A DNA stretch of 64,000 nt from Candidatus Bathyarchaeota archaeon (GCA_963806535.1 CAWDYC010000003.1:384001-448000), one strand, 5' to 3'; numbered from the stretch's first letter, positions 17,892 to 28,614 are shown. The notes: generated by a model not told the origin, from the letters alone. Numbers and translations are program-made.

Positions 17892-19064
17892 TTACAGTTT
17901 CTGAACGATGTCGAGAATGTTTTGCGCAACAGTTTTTCTATTAAGTCGGCTTCTCCAGAAACCCGCGATTTTTTGTGGTTCATAATAACCTCGTTCCCAC
18001 TTTGATTCATCTTGAATTAAAGCTGCCAAAAGTGAGTCTTTTCGGCAATTTGCTGAAAGACTTCCTGAAAATCCCTGCATAGTGAGATATCGAAAACTCT
18101 CAATCGGAGTTGCAACTACTGAACAGCCCATACAAAGAGATTCAGCTGCTGCGATACCGAAGCTTTCCCATCTTGAAGGAATAAAAATCATTTTGGCGGT
18201 CGACAATATTTGTTTAATTCTGTCCATTTCAATAAACCCAAGAACTTGCAATCTGTCATCAAATTCCTTGGGAATATTTTGAGTTAAATCATTAACTAAT
18301 TCTTTGCCATTTCCAAAAATTATTGAGACAAACTTTGGCCTTTTTTCTAAAAATTCGACGATAGAACTAACCATAGCAAAAGTATTTTTTTGTTTGAAAT
18401 CGTCCAACCTACCAAAAGATACCACAATATCTTTCTTGGCACCAATTTCAGCCTCGACAAATGTTGGTGACACAGTGTCCGGGACAAAAAATGTTTTTTT
18501 GATCAAGTCCTGCCTCCCCCAAAATGCAAGAAAATAGTTTAGATTGGAAAGTGCATCGGGACTTTCAATAATTACTGCATCACAAAGTTCTATTTGCCTA
18601 ATTCTTTCTTGAGCAATTCTTAAAGCCCGTCGATGCAGAAACTTGAATGGAAGTCGCTGCCAAACGTGTTCAACTGTATGTTCAAAAGTAAATTCCTCAG
18701 ATAAAGGTGTGCTCAGATGAGATGGAAGCCATGGATAACCAATTCTTCCATCACTATCCGCTTTGACAATAATTTTTTTGCCGGCGGATTTGATTTTTTC
18801 TATCATAGGATTGTAAGCTTCATGAAGCCAAGTGTAAGCCAAGACTACGTCTGAATTGTTCTCTAGCCAAAAATTTTCATTGTTAAGCTCATTTTGACTA
18901 ATTTGAATTATAGGAAAATTTGGGTGATAGCCGGATAATTCTTTTTTGGAGAGCGTTAAAAGTTGTGTTTCAATTCCTGCTTCGTTTAAGCCCAGAGTAA
19001 TTTGTCCATTGTCTTTGGTTTCGTGAAATGGAAGATAAGCATGAAAAAATACAGTCAGTTTCAT
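17892..19064 (-). CDS. Glycosyltransferase family 4
   Basis: PSRWESFGIAAAESLCMG. Confidence 0.85.
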   Translation of the reverse strand: MKLTVFFHAYLPFHETKDNGQITLGLNEAGIETQLLTLSKKELSGYHPNFPIIQISQNELNNENFWLENNSDVVLAYTWLHEAYNPMIEKIKSAGKKIIVKADSDGRIGYPWLPSHLSTPLSEEFTFEHTVEHVWQRLPFKFLHRRALRIAQERIRQIELCDAVIIESPDALSNLNYFLAFWGRQDLIKKTFFVPDTVSPTFVEAEIGAKKDIVVSFGRLDDFKQKNTFAMVSSIVEFLEKRPKFVSIIFGNGKELVNDLTQNIPKEFDDRLQVLGFIEMDRIKQILSTAKMIFIPSRWESFGIAAAESLCMGCSVVATPIESFRYLTMQGFSGSLSANCRKDSLLAALIQDESKWERGYYEPQKIAGFWRSRLNRKTVAQNILDIVQKL

Positions 19065-19152
19065 TGTGCAACCCTAATAGCTCGTCCATCTTGGGACTAT
19101 TCTAAGAAATCAGTTAAAAAATGCTTCTCTAGTCAGACAAAAATGAAAAGAA

Positions 19153-20076
19153 CTATGTTGTCGATTTTTGAACTTTAGTCGCCTGCAAGAGACCTTTCAT
19201 GTAATAAAACCGAATTAATGGATGCATGTATAGAACTGTAGGCTCACGAGTCTGGACTGCCATAAATAACCCTGTAAAAGGGGACAAAATAAATCGGCGG
19301 ATAACACCAAGTTTTGTTACAGGCGGGGGCTTATTTGTTTCTTCGCCTATTTTTCGCCATATTTCATACAGCTGTGTTCCATACCAATATTGATGATTCA
19401 GTTCTTGTTTCAAACTATTTCGCAAATGGACTGATTGCACATTATAATCAACGATCCATTTGTAGCCGGCACCATCAATTTTGTAGGCCAAAGTGGTTTC
19501 AACACCAGCGTTTACTCGCAGCTTCGGAAAACCGCCCAGCGCCCGGATTATTTTTGTTTTGTAAATCGTATTATCTAAGGTTTTGCCGAGAGTGAAAGCA
19601 GACATGTCTCTGGACTTTAGCCAAGAAGCTAAGTTTGCCTCTCCGCGATATTTTTTACCCACATACTCCTGCATTTTTTTAACGCCAAGGGGCTTATCTG
19701 CAAAACGCATCCCAGAAGCAGCGGTAACACTGGAGTTTTCAAGCAGTGAAGGAATTTTCTGCCACCAATCAGATGCTAACAACAGGTCTTGCTCGAAGCT
19801 TACAAAGAAATCCGATGAGACTTGTTCTAAAGCTGTATTTGCGCCATCGCTTATTCCGTGGCCTTTGTTTGGGATAACTGACCAGCCAAAAGACGACGCG
19901 ATTTTTGGTGTGCCATCATTGCTTGCGTCGTCGACTATTATTTTTTTATTTACGAATTCTTTAGGAATTACTTCATTTATTCTTTGTAGGACTATAGGTA
20001 GAGTTTTGGCACCGTTTTTAGTCCACATAACTAAATCTACTTTGCCAATCATTCCATTCCCAAGCGAGGATTTCAA
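19153..20076 (-). CDS. Glycosyltransferase family 2
   Basis: IIVDDASNDGT; EQD at the DxD position. Confidence 0.82.
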   Translation of the reverse strand: MKSSLGNGMIGKVDLVMWTKNGAKTLPIVLQRINEVIPKEFVNKKIIVDDASNDGTPKIASSFGWSVIPNKGHGISDGANTALEQVSSDFFVSFEQDLLLASDWWQKIPSLLENSSVTAASGMRFADKPLGVKKMQEYVGKKYRGEANLASWLKSRDMSAFTLGKTLDNTIYKTKIIRALGGFPKLRVNAGVETTLAYKIDGAGYKWIVDYNVQSVHLRNSLKQELNHQYWYGTQLYEIWRKIGEETNKPPPVTKLGVIRRFILSPFTGLFMAVQTREPTVLYMHPLIRFYYMKGLLQATKVQKSTT

Positions 20077-20156
20077 CTGCCTTATCTTAAGATGATTGGC
20101 TATTTATGCAATCAGGGCAAAAATAGAGGAAAAATACATTCTTTGAAAGGTTAACA

Positions 20157-21437
20157 CTATGATTGTCGATTATTCTGTTTGAAAGCCAAAACTGACTCTT
20201 CAAAGATCTTTTCCATTGTCCGGGCATATTTTTCCCATGACAAATTACTCTTGACGTATTCGTACGCGCGTTCTCCAAGTTTTTTTCGCAAATCTGCATT
20301 ATCCAATAACAGTTTTACTTTTTCAACTATTTCCTCCGGCTTTGATTGATCAAAAATTAAGCCGTTCTCATTGGATTGAATAATTTCTGACGCGCCACAT
20401 TTGTTTGAAACGATAACTGGTTTTTTTGCCGCCATTGCCTCTATAACGGCTAAACCCCAGGTTATCTGTTGGGGAAAAAGAAACACATCACAAGCAGCGT
20501 AAACCTCTGAAAGCTCTTCGTCATCATTACTATGGAGAAATAACACTTTGTTTCTAATACCAAGCTTTTCACTTAATTTTACTAACTGTTCTTTTGGACC
20601 GCCACCGTCAAGGATCAACTTGACTCGATCATACTTCTTAGAAAGTTGATAAAGCGCCTTTATAGAATCAGCCTGACCCTTACTAAGCTGGAAGTTGCCG
20701 ACCTGCAACAAAACAAAATCGTCGTCCAATCCATATTTCTCTCTGACGTCTTTTCCTGAAGCGTTATGAAAAAGCTCAACATCAACTCCACTTCTAACAA
20801 TCAGTGAAGATCTATGGTAAGCGATGTCAACATAACCTTGAGCAATTTTTGACAAAACTAAAAACTCATCAATGTAGTCTGAAGCAATCTTATCAAATAT
20901 TTCATAAATGGGCCCATTAATTCTACGTAAACCTTTTCTAGATTCGGAATTGAAAAACCAAATTGGCGGTTCATTGCACATCCACACAATGGGAACATTC
21001 AGTCTTTTTTTGGCGACAAAAGCTGCCCATTCAGAGGGAAAATTATGATTATTGATTAAGTCGAAGCCTTTCGGAATTTTTTTGCCAATGTTGATCATGG
21101 ACGGAAGCTCATATGGAATTGTATAGAATTGTCGACCCATCGCTCTACGCATCCAAGCTCGTAAAGAAGAAGAGCCAGCTGTTTCTCCGACGTTATCATC
21201 TTTTTGATATATTTCGGAAGGAATAAAAAATTTAGGTATTGTCTTTTCAAGTGGATGCGGAATCACGTTTACTGTAAGTTTTTCTATTATTTCACGATAA
21301 CATTTTTCTTGATTTACTGCACTTGTAAATATCTCCACTTCATGCCCGAACTTTTGAAGCTCAGAAGCTAACTTCAGTATTTGCCTTTGCCCACCACCGC
21401 GACCCACCAGTGGAGTGTTGATCATAGCGATCTTCAT
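20157..21437 (-). CDS. Glycosyltransferase family 4, close paralog of 15020-16258
   Basis: GGGQRQ, WMCNEPP, WGLAVIEAMAAKKPVI. Confidence 0.92.
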   Translation of the reverse strand: MKIAMINTPLVGRGGGQRQILKLASELQKFGHEVEIFTSAVNQEKCYREIIEKLTVNVIPHPLEKTIPKFFIPSEIYQKDDNVGETAGSSSLRAWMRRAMGRQFYTIPYELPSMINIGKKIPKGFDLINNHNFPSEWAAFVAKKRLNVPIVWMCNEPPIWFFNSESRKGLRRINGPIYEIFDKIASDYIDEFLVLSKIAQGYVDIAYHRSSLIVRSGVDVELFHNASGKDVREKYGLDDDFVLLQVGNFQLSKGQADSIKALYQLSKKYDRVKLILDGGGPKEQLVKLSEKLGIRNKVLFLHSNDDEELSEVYAACDVFLFPQQITWGLAVIEAMAAKKPVIVSNKCGASEIIQSNENGLIFDQSKPEEIVEKVKLLLDNADLRKKLGERAYEYVKSNLSWEKYARTMEKIFEESVLAFKQNNRQS

Positions 21438-21581
21438 AAGTTCTGCATTCCAATTACGCTAAGAGCGTTATTTAGCCCTTAAAAGTTTGCTTCTTCAAAT
21501 AAAAGGTGGAGTTAGAAGTAAAATAACTCCGTTGGAAGCTGAAAAAAGAATAAACTCCATTGTATTGGGTTTTTGAGCCGT

Positions 21582-22553
21582 CTATTTCTCTTGGCTTTTT
21601 TTGAAATAGGAAATTACTTTGTCAATTCCTTCAGCAATAGATACTGTGGGTTTCCAGCCGAGTTCTTTGCGAATTTTCGTTGCATCCATAACTATTGATG
21701 ATTGGTCGGAAATTAGCGGTCTATAGGGGTAGCCTGGTGGATATGAACCTAAGACAAGGTTCTTTTTGTCAAATCCAACCTTATCGGCGATCATAATGGC
21801 AAGTTCCTTGTTGCTTACCCCATCTCCTGTTCCGACATTGTAAACTTGACCATTAGCATTTTTGTTTTTCATTGATAATAAATAACCATTGACGTGGTCG
21901 TCAACGTACATGTAATCCCTTATTGAATCTGGAGAGCCAATGTACACTTTTTGCCCCTTTAACATTTGAGTTACTAGATACTCCACCATGAAGCTGGTGT
22001 CAAATTTCCGTCCATACGAGTTTGTTGGACGCAATATTGTCCCGTTTAAATTGAAAGAATTAAACATCATTTGTAAGTATAGATCACCTGCAGCCTTACT
22101 CACTGCATAGGGGCTGGAAGGATGCAAAGGAAGGGACTCTTTTAACGGTTCATTCGGCTGTATACCGTATACCTCAGCTGTCGATGCCGCTATTAGTTTT
22201 CTAGTTTGAGGATCTTGAAGCTCAAGCAGCGAATGCGCAATGTTCATTGTTCCGATGTAATTGGCTTGTTGGTATTCAAAAGGACGTTCGAATGAATCGC
22301 GCACTGGTGAAAGGGCTGCTAAATGAAAAATAACATCAGGATTAGCTGTCTTAACGGCGTTGCGAATAGAAACGTAATCCGAAATATCGCCTGAAATTAA
22401 TGTGATGTCGGGCAATAAATTGTGAATTACATCCATGTTTCGGCTAGCTACTCTTCTAACGACACCATAGACTTCAATTTTTTCATTGACGAGTTTCTGA
22501 GCTAAGTGACTGCCAATGAAACCCATAATTCCAGTTATTAACGCTCGGGTCAT
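21582..22553 (-). CDS. NDP-sugar 4,6-dehydratase/epimerase (extended SDR)
   Basis: TGIMGFIG, HLAA, STAEVYG, YAVSK, RDYMYVDD. Confidence 0.92.
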   Translation of the reverse strand: MTRALITGIMGFIGSHLAQKLVNEKIEVYGVVRRVASRNMDVIHNLLPDITLISGDISDYVSIRNAVKTANPDVIFHLAALSPVRDSFERPFEYQQANYIGTMNIAHSLLELQDPQTRKLIAASTAEVYGIQPNEPLKESLPLHPSSPYAVSKAAGDLYLQMMFNSFNLNGTILRPTNSYGRKFDTSFMVEYLVTQMLKGQKVYIGSPDSIRDYMYVDDHVNGYLLSMKNKNANGQVYNVGTGDGVSNKELAIMIADKVGFDKKNLVLGSYPPGYPYRPLISDQSSIVMDATKIRKELGWKPTVSIAEGIDKVISYFKKSQEK

Positions 22554-23263
22554 TCTTGGACTCTCCCTAGTTTGGCGAATTCTTTTTCTGCAACAGATAG
22601 GTCTTTAACGCTATTAATAGTTAACCATAACTCTTCTGGTTTGAGCCTGCATGCTTTCAAAGCCCTATTCTTTGCAAGTAATGGAAAGACCGTTTTTTCG
22701 ATGGATCCATTTTCGGGAATGTAACCGAGAATTTTTTGGTTGAAGACATACACACCGATACTGACAAACATATTTTCAACCAAAGGCTTCTCCTTGAAAG
22801 AAACAACGTCATCGTCTTCAAGTTCAAGTATACCGAAAGGTGAACGCAGAGGCGCAACAGATACTGTTGCCACAGGTTTATTTTTTAAATGTAACTCTTC
22901 TAGGCGTTCCAAGTTTAAACTGGTAACTTCATCGCCGTTCATGGCCAAAAAATCACTGTCTTTGACAAATCGGGTTATTGCTAGGCGGAATCCTTCCCCG
23001 GTTTCTCCTTCAACTGTGTGTTCGCTAAAATCTATTTTCAATCCCTGCGAGTTGTTTTTCAAATAATCTATGACCACTTCTTTGTGGTAAGCGACACCCA
23101 TTACTAAATGTTTGAGACCGTTGCTTTTAAGCCATGATACGGTCCAGTGGATTAACGGTTTTCCTTTAATTGGAACCATGCATTTGGGCATATCTTCGGT
23201 AAAAGGTCGCATCCTTAAACCTGCGCCCCCAACTAGTATGACGGCAGTCTCGATTTTCTTCAC
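22550..23263 (-). CDS. Sugar-1-phosphate nucleotidyltransferase
   Basis: ILVGGAGLRMRP, PKCM, MNGD, FKEKP. Confidence 0.9.
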   Translation of the reverse strand: MKKIETAVILVGGAGLRMRPFTEDMPKCMVPIKGKPLIHWTVSWLKSNGLKHLVMGVAYHKEVVIDYLKNNSQGLKIDFSEHTVEGETGEGFRLAITRFVKDSDFLAMNGDEVTSLNLERLEELHLKNKPVATVSVAPLRSPFGILELEDDDVVSFKEKPLVENMFVSIGVYVFNQKILGYIPENGSIEKTVFPLLAKNRALKACRLKPEELWLTINSVKDLSVAEKEFAKLGRVQE

Positions 23264-23338
23264 TTTGGAACCCTCGCAAAAACTGATTTTATACTAAAGT
23301 GCAAATATATAAACTTGAACGCCTTCATGAAATTAGGG

Positions 23339-24211
23339 CTACTCACATTCACCTGCTCTTTTGCTCTTTGTCAGGTCTTGCTCTAAGGCTACTGCTCGTG
23401 CTGCTACTTTTTCTGCTTCTGCCCTGATGGTTTTGTCTTTAATTTCTTCTTTACGTTTCTCATTAGATTTCAAAATTAACCGCAGAAACTCCGAATCATA
23501 ACAGTCCAGAAGTAATTCAGCATTCGGAATCAAACAGTGCCCGCCTATTACGCCTGGAAACATAACTGGTCGATCAAATCTTAATCTGTGGGTATCTTCG
23601 AGGAAATCAACGGTTTCGTTGAAGTCAGCGCCGAAAGCTTTAGAGATTCGATGCATTTCTTGGAAGCAGGCAATCATCCATGCACGGTAAGTTGTTTCGA
23701 AAAGTTTAGCGAGCTCTGTTTCGGTAGAACTCTTCAAAATCTTTACTTTCAAACCTAACTTTTCAAAATGCACACAAGAAGCTGCGCCAGCATCCGCAGT
23801 TGCGCCGCCTACATATTTTGTCCAGCGTTTCATTTCCCACTTCATATATTCAGCACTTTTATGTACACCTCGAAATGGCGAATGAGCAACTAGGCATTTG
23901 CACTTTTCCGCTACTTTTAATGTTGTGCCCGGTGGAACGGTGCTGTCAATAATTGTAAGTTTTGGCGTAAAATCATCTATGTAACCAACAATTATGCGTA
24001 CAAAGTTTTGTTGGCTACTGCATGGCAAACAAATATGCAAAGTATCAATTTGCTGTGGAAAATTTTGTCTGTTTTGGCCGAGCTCTTTCATCTTTGCTTG
24101 GTCTAGATCTAAACCATAAACATCGAAATTTTTTGCCTGGTCAATTAACAATGCAAAAAGAGTATGGCCAATCTCGCCTAAACCAATAATTAGAACTGAT
24201 TCTTTAGTCAA
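23339..24211 (-). CDS. UDP-glucose/GDP-mannose dehydrogenase family, short form
   Basis: GLGEIG, DSTVPPGT, HSP, ELAKLFETTYR, GGHCL. Confidence 0.85.
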   Translation of the reverse strand: MTKESVLIIGLGEIGHTLFALLIDQAKNFDVYGLDLDQAKMKELGQNRQNFPQQIDTLHICLPCSSQQNFVRIIVGYIDDFTPKLTIIDSTVPPGTTLKVAEKCKCLVAHSPFRGVHKSAEYMKWEMKRWTKYVGGATADAGAASCVHFEKLGLKVKILKSSTETELAKLFETTYRAWMIACFQEMHRISKAFGADFNETVDFLEDTHRLRFDRPVMFPGVIGGHCLIPNAELLLDCYDSEFLRLILKSNEKRKEEIKDKTIRAEAEKVAARAVALEQDLTKSKRAGECE

Positions 24212-24284
24212 GTTGCTTGCCTCTGCTATTGGAAAGTCAAGTTAATGTTAAACTATTTAAATCTGGAGCCCGAAATGAGACTTT

Positions 24285-24797
24285 ATGCTAAACTCAAAGA
24301 AAGGCACAGGTATTGTTACAGGAACAAATGTAGAAATAGGTGCAAATGTAGCCATTTGGAATTATGTTGTAATAGGTGACAACACAAAAATCGGCGATGG
24401 AACCCTCATAGGCAGCTTCTGCGATATCGGCAAAAATGTGGTTATTGGCAAAGACTGCAACATACAAGCACATGTAACTATTTCAAATGGCTGTGTACTC
24501 GGCGACAAGGTGTTTATCGCACCTAACACTTCACTTCTAAATGACAAGTACCCGAAAAGCATACTCTTGACACCGCCCGTCCTCAAATGTGGCGCCCAAA
24601 TCGGCGGGGGAGTCACCATTCTACCGGACGTGACTGTAGGTGAAGAAGCAGTTGTCGGGGGCGGAAGCGTGGTTACCAAAAATGTTGAACCCAGGACTGT
24701 TGTAGCTGGCGATCCTGCTAGATTGGTTATGACCATAAAGGAGTATGAAGCTAAACGTGAGGCCTTCATAAAGTCAAGATCCAAGGTGAAGAAATGA
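24285..24797 (+). CDS. Hexapeptide-repeat N-acetyltransferase
   Basis: Left-handed beta-helix repeats, NDKYP, VVAGDPAR. Confidence 0.9.
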   Translation: MLNSKKGTGIVTGTNVEIGANVAIWNYVVIGDNTKIGDGTLIGSFCDIGKNVVIGKDCNIQAHVTISNGCVLGDKVFIAPNTSLLNDKYPKSILLTPPVLKCGAQIGGGVTILPDVTVGEEAVVGGGSVVTKNVEPRTVVAGDPARLVMTIKEYEAKREAFIKSRSKVKK

Positions 24798-25783
24798 GAA
24801 TATGGTACGATGCCTGTACAGGTAAACATATCAGGTATGGCACCTCTATTGGGAAACAACTTAAAGAAGCCGGGCACGAATTTGTTTTTACAACACGCGA
24901 ACACCCAGACACCATTCCATTAGCCAAAGTTCTTGGGGAAAAACCGATTGTGGTGGGAAAGTACAATCCTGCAACGCTTTTCTCAAGACTAGAAGAGAGT
25001 GCCGAACGAGTTTTGCAGTTTTCTAAGCTCTTCGAAAAAAATCCTCCAGATATTGCTATAGCTCATCAGTCAGTTGAGCTTTGCAGAACTGCTTTCGGTT
25101 TGGGAATCCCGATAATTTTGACCGCAGATACCCCGTACGCGTACGCCGTTAACAGATTAACAATACCTTTTGCAAACACAGTTGTAGCCTCAGAAGCGTT
25201 ACCGCGCAGTTTTGTCAAAACCTATTGCCCCAAAAACGTAATTTATTTTAAGGGGGTTGACGAAGTTGCATGGATTAAGGATTTCAAGCCTTCGAAAATT
25301 ACAGACCTAAAGAAACCATTGATAGTCATCAGGCAACTAGAAACAAAAGCGGCTTATGCCGGCGACAAAAAAGACAGCGCACAACTTATGGTTGAGAAGC
25401 TTGCTGCGTTAGGGCACGTTCATTTTATTCAACGATATAACGCAGACAGCAAGACCTACGGAGTGAAGGAAGGCTTTGTGGATTCAGCAAATTTGGTTGC
25501 GAACGCTGATTTAGTCGTTAGTTACGGCGGAACGATTGCTAGAGAGGCCGCACTTCAAGGTGTGCCAAGCATAGCTATTTCGGATATGGCGAAAACTTAT
25601 GTTAACACTTATTTGACAAAGAAGGGCTTTCCATTATTTGCAATCTCAGAACGAAGAGTACTTGGTTATGCAAAGAAATATCTTGGCAAAAGATTTGATG
25701 TGCAAAATAAGCTTGCAGAATTAGAAAACCCTGTTGACGTGATTGAAAAAGTCGCCGCCAATATCAAGCATCCTTTACTTTGA
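24794..25783 (+). CDS. DUF354 family protein (GT-B-like)
   Basis: MRIWYDACTGKH, GGTIAREAALQGVP. Confidence 0.85.
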   Translation: MRIWYDACTGKHIRYGTSIGKQLKEAGHEFVFTTREHPDTIPLAKVLGEKPIVVGKYNPATLFSRLEESAERVLQFSKLFEKNPPDIAIAHQSVELCRTAFGLGIPIILTADTPYAYAVNRLTIPFANTVVASEALPRSFVKTYCPKNVIYFKGVDEVAWIKDFKPSKITDLKKPLIVIRQLETKAAYAGDKKDSAQLMVEKLAALGHVHFIQRYNADSKTYGVKEGFVDSANLVANADLVVSYGGTIAREAALQGVPSIAISDMAKTYVNTYLTKKGFPLFAISERRVLGYAKKYLGKRFDVQNKLAELENPVDVIEKVAANIKHPLL

Positions 25784-26537
25784 TTTTATCGCCTACTTTC
25801 GCCCCAAACTTTTTTGCTGCATTACCTTGATTTATTGCTATTTCCAAAAAGTCTAAGCTCCCGACCAAAACGATAGGCTCTCTGCGCTCGGCTTCGGCGT
25901 ATGACTTACAAAATTTGAGCTTCAAGGAAACCTCATTTAGTTCCAAGTTAATAATTTGAGAGCCGATTATGTCCTTCTCTTTTATATTAGTGATGATATT
26001 GCCAAATCCGTCGATATGCAAAACTTCCCCTATTAAGACGTTGTTGCTTCGCTTAATTGATGGAAAGCTTGGTAGAACTGGGTCTTTTATTTCACGCCCA
26101 AACTCGGTAAGTTTGGTGCCTTTGTCTATGTAGGCTGCTGCAGGCGCAAAAATGTCTCTCCCATGAAAAGTGTTGGAGGTCTTGGGAAGCATCAAATTGG
26201 AATTTAAAAGTTCATAAATGTGCTCTATTCCTTGACTTTGAGCCACCAACATTAAGATTCCGTTGTCAGGCCCAACAAGAAAACCGTGTTTAGTTTGTAC
26301 TATAATGGCGCGTCTTTCAGTGCCCACGCCAGGATCAACAACAGCTAAGTGGACTGTGCCGTTTGGAAAATAAGATGCCGCGGAAGCCAATGTGAAAGCA
26401 GCCATACCAATGTTGAATTTTTCAATGTCGTGTGTTATATCGATTATTATCGCATTTGAGTTAATTGTTAAAATTACCCCTTTCATTTCTGCTACGTAAG
26501 GGTCTTTTAGCCCAAAGTCGCTTGTCAAAGTAATCAT
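25764..26537 (-). CDS. SAM hydroxide adenosyltransferase (DUF62)
   Basis: LTSDFG, VVDPGVGT, GPDNG, TFHGRDIF, DGFGN. Confidence 0.93.
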   Translation of the reverse strand: MITLTSDFGLKDPYVAEMKGVILTINSNAIIIDITHDIEKFNIGMAAFTLASAASYFPNGTVHLAVVDPGVGTERRAIIVQTKHGFLVGPDNGILMLVAQSQGIEHIYELLNSNLMLPKTSNTFHGRDIFAPAAAYIDKGTKLTEFGREIKDPVLPSFPSIKRSNNVLIGEVLHIDGFGNIITNIKEKDIIGSQIINLELNEVSLKLKFCKSYAEAERREPIVLVGSLDFLEIAINQGNAAKKFGAKVGDKIKVKDA

Positions 26538-26542
26538 TCTGG

Positions 26543-26827
26543 TTAGCCGCCGTGGACAACTGGGACGAAAACTATTTCGTCGCCATCATTTAATCTTGTT
26601 TGTAAACCATTCAGAACGCTAATTTCTCTGCCGTTCACAAGTATTAGAGTATTTGATCTTGAATCGTTGAGTTGTTGATCGGTGAATGTTCTTTCTAATG
26701 ATGGAAGTTCTTGGCAAAGTTTTGATAATAATTCTTTTATCGATCCGATTTCTTGAAAGTTAATGATTAATTGTGCTTTGCCTGAGATATGGCGTAATGC
26801 GCCGATGAGTTTTATGTTTAGGGTCAT
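26543..26827 (-). CDS. MoaD/SAMP ubiquitin-like sulfur carrier
   Basis: ILVNG, LNDGDEI, C-terminal GG. Confidence 0.9.
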   Translation of the reverse strand: MTLNIKLIGALRHISGKAQLIINFQEIGSIKELLSKLCQELPSLERTFTDQQLNDSRSNTLILVNGREISVLNGLQTRLNDGDEIVFVPVVHGG

Positions 26828-26895
26828 TTATTCTCCTACAAATATGCTCTAGAAAAACTATTAAGTTTAATTATTTGTACAATTTCTAAGTGAGA

Positions 26896-27270
26896 TTAGA
26901 AGTTCTGGAATCTTTCTTCGGTTAAAGTTTCAACGATATCGGTTGCTATATTAACGATTGAATCTGCCTGCTTCATCATGGCATCGCCATTCACTTCTTC
27001 TAACTGTGAAATTTGCTGTATGATGGTTTCAATTTCAATTAGAAAACGTAGGATTGAGTCATTTGTATTTGGGTTTTTAGTAACTTCTTCGTGGATGAGT
27101 ATTTCTATGAAGGCGGGTTCCCCCAAGCTGTAGTATATGGCATTTCTTGCTTTCCTTATAGCTTCTAAAACTAAACCAGGCGCCATATAAGGTATCTTTC
27201 GTGCTGCTTCCAATTCGGCTTTTGCTTCACGAAGGTATCTAAGTGCCCATCCTTTTCGATAGTCATCCAT
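26896..27270 (-). CDS. Hypothetical helical protein (HEPN-like N-terminus)
   Basis: WALRYLREAKAELEAA; co-oriented with rps17e. Confidence 0.6.
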   Translation of the reverse strand: MDDYRKGWALRYLREAKAELEAARKIPYMAPGLVLEAIRKARNAIYYSLGEPAFIEILIHEEVTKNPNTNDSILRFLIEIETIIQQISQLEEVNGDAMMKQADSIVNIATDIVETLTEERFQNF

Positions 27271-27298
27271 CATGAGATTTCTTTTCCTGAAACTACCA

Positions 27299-27538
27299 CT
27301 ATTCAGATTCTTCTTCATCATCGCCCATGTCAGAGTCCATTTCAGAGTCTGCTTGAGCTAACGCTTTAGTGCGAGTTATGTAACCTGCAATTTGATTTCT
27401 TACTCGCGTACTTGTTCCTTTAGTTAAAGTGTTAACTAATAGCTTGTTCTCATCAAATTCAGTGGTGAATTTATCCGGAAATCGTTTAAGTAATTCTTTG
27501 CCTGCTCGTTTAACTTGATCGGTTTTTACTTTTCCCAA
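27299..27538 (-). CDS. rps17e: 30S ribosomal protein S17e
   Basis: GKVKT...FTTEFDENK...RVRNQIAGYITR; TTG start. Confidence 0.95.
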   Translation of the reverse strand: MGKVKTDQVKRAGKELLKRFPDKFTTEFDENKLLVNTLTKGTSTRVRNQIAGYITRTKALAQADSEMDSDMGDDEEESE

Positions 27539-27695
27539 ATCTCTATTCCTCATGTCAATAACGTTTTAATGTCCGACGCTTCACTGCGCAAGAGCAAATC
27601 CAAATAGATAATCGGCTTAATTTAAGTTTGCGCCTTACGATACAAATTACCTGACCGAGAAAACACATGAAAAGTTGATGAAATTGAAACTCGAG

Positions 27696-28490
27696 CTAAT
27701 TTAGTTTGATGTTAAAAAAAGCCTCAAAGTTTTTACCAATTTGCTCTGCAACCTCTTCAACCTGCATTTTCTTTATTTCAGCTACTGCTTCAACAACATT
27801 TCGGATGAATGAAGGCTTTGTTAATTGTCCATTGTAAGGACGTTTCCAATATTTTACTGGCCCATCAGTTTCTGTTAAAAAGTTTGTCAACGGTACATTC
27901 TCCACAACCTCCCGGATACCGTTCGAGTAAGTTACTGGTGGACCTTCAGTGATAAAGTATCCATTATCCATTGCTTTATGTAAGGCAGCCATTGGGTGAC
28001 TAAACCAATGAAGAAGCACATGTTTAAGCCGATATGAAGGAAGCATTTCGACGACTTTGTCCGTGGTTCCACGTGAATGAATAATCACTGGAAGTTCAAG
28101 CTCCTCGGCAAGATGAAGCATTCTGTCAAAAACCAAGATCTGTTTTTCCCAGATGGTTTCGTATTTGTAATCTAAGCCAATTTCACCAATTGCTTTAACT
28201 ATGTTTTTTTGTTTTTGGATAAAAGTAATCGTTTCTTCCAACTCATTTTCTTTAATAACATTCACATTCCAAGGATGAATACCTAAAGCAGGATAAACTA
28301 AGTTCGGGTATTTCTCAGCAAGGGCAACATCGTTTTGGCATGTTTTAAAATCCATTGAATTTGTCACCAAAGCTGTTACTCCAGCATTTTTCGCATCCGC
28401 TATTAATTCATCTATATGACCAATGTATTCAGTATCTGAGAGGTGGACATGCGCATCTATTAGCTTCATTTTTCTCAGCGCTATTATCAT
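27696..28490 (-). CDS. tatD: TatD family hydrolase
   Basis: DAHVH, GIHP, GEIGLD, IHSR, LTETDGP. Confidence 0.93.
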   Translation of the reverse strand: MIIALRKMKLIDAHVHLSDTEYIGHIDELIADAKNAGVTALVTNSMDFKTCQNDVALAEKYPNLVYPALGIHPWNVNVIKENELEETITFIQKQKNIVKAIGEIGLDYKYETIWEKQILVFDRMLHLAEELELPVIIHSRGTTDKVVEMLPSYRLKHVLLHWFSHPMAALHKAMDNGYFITEGPPVTYSNGIREVVENVPLTNFLTETDGPVKYWKRPYNGQLTKPSFIRNVVEAVAEIKKMQVEEVAEQIGKNFEAFFNIKLN

Positions 28491-28614
28491 TCTATCGTTT
28501 TTATAATTTTCTTTGTTAAATGTCAGTTTTATGTTAACGGTTATTTAAAGGAAAAAGCGACAACAAAGGTTAAATATTGCTTCAAAATGAAAAAGAGCCA
28601 ACGGAGTTGTCGAT

